Of a stretch of 14,521 bases of DNA, positions 8,336 through 14,521 are shown piece after piece (position 1 is the first letter of the stretch; each line of letters starts with the position of its first letter). The notes under the pieces are model-generated. The model was not told the DNA's origin, searched no databases, and saw only the letters and a list, made by a program, of their open reading frames with translations. The position numbers and the translations under genes are program-made. The DNA comes from a bacterium (GTDB taxonomy: Bacteria; DUMJ01), in contig JBMFMV010000050.1 of assembly GCA_049970495.1 (NCBI GenBank), positions 1-14,521 on the forward strand, in the 5' to 3' direction.

Positions 8336-8986
8336 TTAACTCTGCACTTTCTTTAGTGCATATTGAATAATCTCTACCGCCTCGTCTACATTCCATCTAC
8401 CCATATTTATTACCAGATGATAGAGAGACGGATCGCTCCAATCTACCCCGTAGAATCTTCTTAGATACTCTGCAGATGCCCTATCTTTAGTCTCTATATA
8501 TTCTCTAGCTTCGCTTCTAGTAAGACTACGGTTTATCATTATATAACTTATACGCTGTTCTATAGGAGCAACTATCCTTACATGAAGTACGCCAGGAGCA
8601 TCTCTAAGTATTACCTGGCTACCTCTACCTACAATAACAACATTATCTCTTTCTCTTAATCTTTCTATAGTTCTCTGTATAAGCTTTAGAGCCCTCTCTT
8701 CATCTAAGACTTCTGTCATATGGGTTATTTCTCCGGCAGAATTAGTTCCTCTAACTGTTATAGTAGCTAAGGGTTCACGACGTCTAAAGAGATTATCTAT
8801 AAAAGAGCGGAGTTTATAGCTATCCTCAGAGTAGTCAATGACCTCTGCCTCAGATATTCCCATCTTGACAGCTACTTCAGTCATAAGAGACTTATCAAAG
8901 TAACGATAGCCTAATATTTCACATAACCTATGGGCTACCTCATCTCCACTACTACCTACCTCTCTTGATATAGTTACTATTGACAA
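8336..8986 (-). CDS. Cytidylate-kinase-like family protein (Cytidylate_kin2 type), function unknown
   Basis: IVTISREVGSSG (degenerate P-loop), VVIVGRGS, LHVRIVAP, DRAS..Y...W.DPSLYHLVIN. TTG start with strong SD GGAGGTGA (9000-8993). Confidence 0.85.
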   Translation of the reverse strand: MSIVTISREVGSSGDEVAHRLCEILGYRYFDKSLMTEVAVKMGISEAEVIDYSEDSYKLRSFIDNLFRRREPLATITVRGTNSAGEITHMTEVLDEERALKLIQRTIERLRERDNVVIVGRGSQVILRDAPGVLHVRIVAPIEQRISYIMINRSLTRSEAREYIETKDRASAEYLRRFYGVDWSDPSLYHLVINMGRWNVDEAVEIIQYALKKVQS

Positions 8987-9020
8987 ATAGCTTCACCTCC
9001 TCAAACATATGAGACTTTAA

Positions 9021-10982
9021 TCATCTAGCTATATATAACCAGAACTGATTTAGTAATCCGGCAAGCAATATAGACAAAAAGACTTCCATTATTACAAGAA
9101 TAGAGGCAGTAATATTACCCAATTCCTTTTTAAGAACCACTATAGTAGCTAAACATGGTACGTATAAGGTTACAAAGAACGAAAACACGAACATCTGTCT
9201 AGGGTTTAAGACCAGAGAAAAATTAGTTGTTCCACTAAATGTAGACAGCAAAATTAGTGTCAATTCTTTTCTCAACAACCCAAATATCAGAACTATTCCA
9301 GTAATAGGAGGCAAACCAAGCCAATGTTCAATGATAGGACTCAGAATTTTGTTTATTATATTAGACCAACCCAATAGGTCTATTAATTCTAAAGCTACTG
9401 ATCCTAGTATCATATAAGGAAGCGCTATATAAAGGAATTCCTTAATTCTAAACCAGGATTGTCTTAAGGTTGGCTTAAGAACAGGTATCCTAAGGTCTGG
9501 GACTTCCATTATAAGTCCAGGTGTCTCCCCAGGATAGTATCTATTCATAAAAAGCCCAACTATATAGATAATAACTAGGTCTAAAAGATATATAAGTAGT
9601 GCCCACTTTACCCCTAAAAAGATACCTACTAACCCTAGTATGACAACCGTCCTAGCAGAACATGGTATAAGTGTAGAGAGAAAACTAGCTATAATCCTTT
9701 CCCTTCTACTTTCTAGAATTCTAGTACCTAAAACTGCCGGGACATTACATCCGTATCCCATAATAATTGGAATAGTTCCTTTACCATGGAGTCCAAGCTT
9801 GTGCATGATACTATCTGTCAGAAAGGCAATCCTTGCTAGATAGCCACTATTCTCCAAAAAGGAAAGAAAGATATAGAAGGGAAGTATATAGGGTAATGCT
9901 ATTGTCACGCCTGAGATAAATCCGCTCAGTATTCCATCCCATAAAAGATGTCTAAGAGTCTCTGGAAGAGGGATACTAATAACTAAGGGTTCTAGGTTAG
10001 AAAAGAGTTGTTCTAAAAGGGAAGATCCTATAGCTCCAACCTTAAACAACACTATAAATCCTATAAAAAGAAAAGTAAGCATTGATACATAACCTAAGAC
10101 AGGGTGAAGAAGGATTGTATCTAGATTTTGTAGAATTGTCCTTCTCTTCTTTTCATAGAATTGTGAACTTCTAGCAATACGGCTAGCTAAAGCATATCTT
10201 TCAGAAGATATTACCACTTCTATCGGTTCTTTATGTGTCTTTTCAAGTTCTAATCTTATCTTCTCTGCCTGACTTAAGATTTCTCCAGGTAAGTTAAGAT
10301 TTTTCAACCACTCATCCTTCTCTAAGAGCTTTATAGCCAGCCATCTCGTAGGATACTCCGAATAAAATTCATCTAGTAGTCTTATTAATTCCTGTATACT
10401 CTGTTCTATCTCTCCCCCGTATGTTGGTGGTACAACTCTCTCTTTCTTGTCTACTAGCTCTATAGTGGTAGTCAAAAGTCTATTAAGCCCAGTTCCTTTG
10501 GTGGCAATAATGCCAACAGCTGGTACTCCTAACAACTTAGAAAGGACACTTATATCTGTCTTTAATCCCTTTGATTCTGCCACATCAAGCTGATTTACAG
10601 CCAAGACTAAAGGTTTCTCCATCTCTAGAAGTTGTAGGGTCAAAAAGAGGCTTCTCTCCAAAAGGGATGCATCTATTACATTTACTATCACATCTGGTGT
10701 ACCAGAGATAATAAATTCTCTAGCTATTAACTCTTCTTCTGTATAAGTTGAAAGGCTATAAATACCGGGGAGATCTACTATCCTTATCCTTCTCCCCTTA
10801 TACCTCATCCAACCCTCAGTTCTCTCTACCGTTTTCCCAGGCCAGTTACCTATAATCTGGTTACCACCAGTAAGCTGATTAAAAACCACGCTCTTACCGG
10901 CATTAGGATTACCGGCAAGAGCGATTGTAATCTCCTTGTTTAATATATGTGAGTCCGCTTTCTCACTAGATATCGTCAACAT
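9021..10982 (-). CDS. feoB: Ferrous iron transport protein B
   Basis: G1 GNPNAGKS, G2 NWPGKTVE, G3 DLPGIYSL, G4 NQLD. Membrane domain with LENSGYLAR, GYGCNVP, PCSAR and YVPCLAT. Start is probably ATG 10982 (17-nt overlap with feoA); the exact start is uncertain. Confidence 0.96.
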   Translation of the reverse strand: MLTISSEKADSHILNKEITIALAGNPNAGKSVVFNQLTGGNQIIGNWPGKTVERTEGWMRYKGRRIRIVDLPGIYSLSTYTEEELIAREFIISGTPDVIVNVIDASLLERSLFLTLQLLEMEKPLVLAVNQLDVAESKGLKTDISVLSKLLGVPAVGIIATKGTGLNRLLTTTIELVDKKERVVPPTYGGEIEQSIQELIRLLDEFYSEYPTRWLAIKLLEKDEWLKNLNLPGEILSQAEKIRLELEKTHKEPIEVVISSERYALASRIARSSQFYEKKRRTILQNLDTILLHPVLGYVSMLTFLFIGFIVLFKVGAIGSSLLEQLFSNLEPLVISIPLPETLRHLLWDGILSGFISGVTIALPYILPFYIFLSFLENSGYLARIAFLTDSIMHKLGLHGKGTIPIIMGYGCNVPAVLGTRILESRRERIIASFLSTLIPCSARTVVILGLVGIFLGVKWALLIYLLDLVIIYIVGLFMNRYYPGETPGLIMEVPDLRIPVLKPTLRQSWFRIKEFLYIALPYMILGSVALELIDLLGWSNIINKILSPIIEHWLGLPPITGIVLIFGLLRKELTLILLSTFSGTTNFSLVLNPRQMFVFSFFVTLYVPCLATIVVLKKELGNITASILVIMEVFLSILLAGLLNQFWLYIAR

Positions 10983-11193
10983 ATATCTTGTCTGCAACCC
11001 CTCTACCAAGAGCATATACAGTTCCCTTCACTCTTATAGCTATAGGACCTCGAGGTGCAGACCTTACAACTTCTACCTCCTGTTCAGGGACAAACCCCAA
11101 ATCTGAGAGCCTCTTAACCATCCCAATTCCACCTACTAACTTAACTATCTTACCCTTTTCTCCTACTTTTAATGTAGAAAGAGGTCTAATCAT
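10966..11193 (-). CDS. feoA: Ferrous iron transport protein A
   Basis: 75-aa SH3-like FeoA pattern ([12 protein letters not shown]...[10 protein letters not shown]...[23 protein letters not shown]), directly upstream of feoB. Confidence 0.94.
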   Translation of the reverse strand: MIRPLSTLKVGEKGKIVKLVGGIGMVKRLSDLGFVPEQEVEVVRSAPRGPIAIRVKGTVYALGRGVADKIYVDDI

Positions 11194-12442
11194 ATGGGAC
11201 TGTTATCTTTCCTGCTATACTAGAAGCAGCAGCAACAGCCGGTCCACATAGATAGACTTCGCTCTCTGGATGTCCCATTCTCCCTATGAAATTTCTATTT
11301 GTAGTAGCTAAAGCCCTCTCACCTTTAGCAAGTATCCCCATATGCCCTCCTAGGCATGGACCACAGGTAGGGGTAGAAACACTAGCACCAGCAGAGATAA
11401 AGGTCTCTATAAGTCCCTCTTTAAGTGCTTGTAAATATATCTCTTGGGTTGCAGGTATGACTATCAGTCTAACATACGGATGGACTTTTTTCCCTTTTAA
11501 AATCTGAGCTGCTATCCTTAGGTCCTCCATCCGTCCATTCGTACAGGATCCTATAACAACCTGATCTATAAATATATCACCAATATCTTCCACTGGTTTT
11601 ACATTTGAAGGTAGATGGGGAAGAGCAACTTCTAAGGGAATACTTGAGACATCTACCTCCACTATCTCTTTGTATTCTGCATCCTCATCAGGAAGATATA
11701 TTTTGTAAGGCCTTTTATTTCTACCTTTTATATATTCAGCTGTGACTTCATCAAAAGGAACAATACCGTTCTTTGCTCCAGCTTCAATAGCCATATTACA
11801 TATGGTAAACCTTGAATCCATAGAGATGCACTTTAGAGCCTCTCCTGAAAACTCCATAGCCATATAATTTGCTCCCTCTACCCCTATACGTCCAATAATG
11901 TTTAGAATAATATCTTTACCTGTAACCCACTTCCTAGGTTTACCGTAGAGTACGAACTTTATACTTTCAGGTACTCTAAGCCATATATCTCCTGTAGCCC
12001 AGACATTTGCAACATCTGTACTCCCGACCCCTGTAGAAAAGGCTCCTAAGGCTCCATAAGTACAGGTATGTGAATCTGCGCCTATAACTATATCTCCCGG
12101 AACTACCAATCCTTCCTCAGGTAAAAGGGCATGCTCAATACCTACTCGTCCCACCTCATAGTAATATTTAAGATTCATCTTACGGGCAAATTCTCTAACT
12201 ATTTTACACTGCTCGGCACTAGGAATATCCTTATTAGGAGTAAAGTGGTCAGGGATAAGGGCTATTCTTTCGTTATCAAAGACTTTACCTACCCCTATTT
12301 TTTCAAATTCCTTAATGGCTAATGGACCAGTTATGTCGTTAGCAAGAGAAAAATCAACTTTGGCTACTACAAATTCCCCACTATGAACCTCATCCTTATT
12401 AGTATGAGAAGAAATAATCTTTTCTGTAAGAGTCATTCCCAT
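11186..12442 (-). CDS. leuC: 3-isopropylmalate dehydratase large subunit (short LeuC/HacA-type, [4Fe-4S] aconitase family)
   Basis: [30 protein letters not shown], cluster ligands IGSCTNGR and TCGPCLG, TTNRNF.GRMG. Lies directly downstream of leuA. Confidence 0.92.
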   Translation of the reverse strand: MGMTLTEKIISSHTNKDEVHSGEFVVAKVDFSLANDITGPLAIKEFEKIGVGKVFDNERIALIPDHFTPNKDIPSAEQCKIVREFARKMNLKYYYEVGRVGIEHALLPEEGLVVPGDIVIGADSHTCTYGALGAFSTGVGSTDVANVWATGDIWLRVPESIKFVLYGKPRKWVTGKDIILNIIGRIGVEGANYMAMEFSGEALKCISMDSRFTICNMAIEAGAKNGIVPFDEVTAEYIKGRNKRPYKIYLPDEDAEYKEIVEVDVSSIPLEVALPHLPSNVKPVEDIGDIFIDQVVIGSCTNGRMEDLRIAAQILKGKKVHPYVRLIVIPATQEIYLQALKEGLIETFISAGASVSTPTCGPCLGGHMGILAKGERALATTNRNFIGRMGHPESEVYLCGPAVAAASSIAGKITVPYD

Positions 12443-12457
12443 ATCTTTTTTCCTATT

Positions 12458-12476
12458 ATAGATTATATCAATCTAA
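12458..12476. promoter_or_regulatory. 19-bp dyad operator candidate, DtxR/IdeR-like geometry
   Basis: Minus strand TTAGATTGATATAATCTAT contains the perfect inverted repeat TAGATT-N5-AATCTA. It matches 12/19 positions of the DtxR consensus TTAGGTTAGCCTAACCTAA and covers the -10 box. Confidence 0.5.
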
Positions 12477-12490
12477 TAGATATTAGGCAA
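12462..12490 (-). promoter_or_regulatory. Internal sigma70-type promoter upstream of leuC-feoA-feoB
   Basis: TTGCCT (12490-12485), 17-bp spacer, then TATAAT (12467-12462) with extended TGn (12470-12468). SD AGGA at 12454-12451. Confidence 0.7.
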
Positions 12491-13972
12491 GGGCTCTATT
12501 TATAGCATTTATATATGCTATAACACTTGCCTCAAGGATATTCTTACTTATACCTCTACCAGAATAGACCTCTCCGTCTTTCTTAAGCTTAACCAAAGCC
12601 TCTCCTAAAGCATCTTTACCAGCAGTAACAGACTTTAAAGAAAAATCTATAAGTTCAAAGTGCATATTAATTGCATTCTCTATAGCATTGAAAAGAGCCT
12701 CTACAGGTCCATCTCCTTCAGCTTCCCCATGGTATTTTTCATCAGTCCTTTCAAGATCTACCTGTGCATAGGAGCTATTATTTATCTTAGTAGTCACTTC
12801 CATATTTACAAGTCTATATACAGGTAGTTCTACTCGCTTTTCTTCTAAAAGTGCTATAAGATCTCTATCCAAAATTTCTCTCTTCTTATCCGCAAGAACT
12901 TTAAATTTTTCAAAAACTCTATTCAATTCTTCCTCTGAAAGTACATAACCCAACTGTTTTAACCTTTCACTAAGAGCATGTCTTCCTGAATGTTTACCCA
13001 GAACTATCTCAGAAGAGTCTAGCCCAATATCTTTAGGGTTCATTATCTCATAAGTACTTCTCTCTTTGAGTATACCATCTTGATGGATTCCAGCTTCATG
13101 AGCAAAGGCATTAATGCCAACAATAGCCTTATTCGGTTGGACTGGTATGCCCGTAAGTCCGCTTACAAGTCTACTTAGACTTGTAATATACTCTGTCTTA
13201 ATATCAGCGTATGCATTAAACATATCTTTTCTTGTCTTTATAGCCATTACTACCTCTTCTAAAGCTGCGTTCCCTGCCCTTTCTCCTAGGCCATTCATAG
13301 CTACTTCCACCTGATTCGCCCCATTAAGTATTCCCATCAGAGAATTGGCAGTAGCAAGTCCTAAATCATTATGACAGTGAACACTTAATATAATATCCTC
13401 TGGAACATAACTTCTTATCTGAGCTATAAGATTTCCAAACTCACTTGGCACACAGTAGCCCACTGTATCGGGAACATTTATAACTGTAGCACCAGCCTCT
13501 ATTACTCTTAAAAAGACCTCTCTTAAGAAGGCTGGATCCGACCTAGTAGCATCTTCAGCAGAAAATTCTATGTCTTCACAGAGAGATTTGGCATATTTTA
13601 CCGCTTCTACTGCCTGTTCCAATACCTCTTCTCTAGTTTTCTTCAGTTTATACTTCATATGTATGTCACTGGTAGCGATAAACACATGTATTCTTGGTCT
13701 CTTAGCATACTGAAGTGCAGACCAAGCAGTATCTATATCTTTTTTTATAGATCTAGCCAATCCGCATACTGTACTGTTTTTTATCTCTTTAGAGATTATA
13801 GTAACTGCCTCTACGTCACCTGGAGACGCAATAGGAAATCCAGCTTCTATAATATCTACTCCCATCTCCTCAAGCTGCTTGGCAATCCTAAGCTTCTCTT
13901 GAGGTTCAAGCGTAACTCTAGGAGTCTGTTCACCATCTCTGAGAGTTGTATCAAATATAAATATCTTTCTCA

Positions 13973-13973
<1 letters not shown>
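12483..13973 (-). CDS. leuA: 2-isopropylmalate synthase
   Basis: IFDTTLRDGEQ, INVPDTVG, SVHCHNDLG, GLGERAGNA, HEAGIHQDG, LGKHSGR, and a C-terminal regulatory domain (GDGPVEA). Start placed at ATG 13973, a TAATG overlap with the ilvC stop (496 aa). Confidence 0.95.

Positions 13974-14521
<548 letters not shown>

Noticed and set aside
12452..12486. leuA-leuC inverted repeats as an intrinsic terminator, T-box or leucine attenuator
   Set aside because: No U-tract follows on the transcribed strand (it reads GGAAAAAA). The gap is only 40 bp and has no leader peptide or T-box motif.

Overview
AT-rich bacterial chromosomal core region, with Ile-ATA/Arg-AGA codons and Glu/Lys-rich proteins that suggest a thermophilic anaerobe (inference). 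It holds 13 CDS, 12 on the minus strand. In transcription order (right to left): ilvC (partial), leuA, leuC, feoA, feoB, cytidylate-kinase-like gene; then a lone plus-strand 1-phosphofructokinase-family (PfkB) kinase; then mutS2, tldD, tldE/pmbA, a membrane-anchored TPR protein, a xylose-isomerase-like TIM barrel and a Gfo/Idh/MocA oxidoreductase (partial). I see no RNA genes, CRISPR arrays, IS elements or phage genes. The most unusual feature is that leuC is followed by feoAB (8-nt overlap) instead of leuD/leuB. The 40-bp leuA-leuC gap holds a near-consensus sigma70 promoter overlapped by a 19-bp dyad resembling a DtxR/IdeR operator. This suggests a possible metal-regulated leuC-feoAB unit. 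A weaker related site lies before tldD. Other points: mutS2 looks leaderless and has degenerate Smr and post-Walker-B motifs, and an identical 12-mer flanks the TPR gene. All regulatory calls are by-eye inferences and none has been tested by computation.
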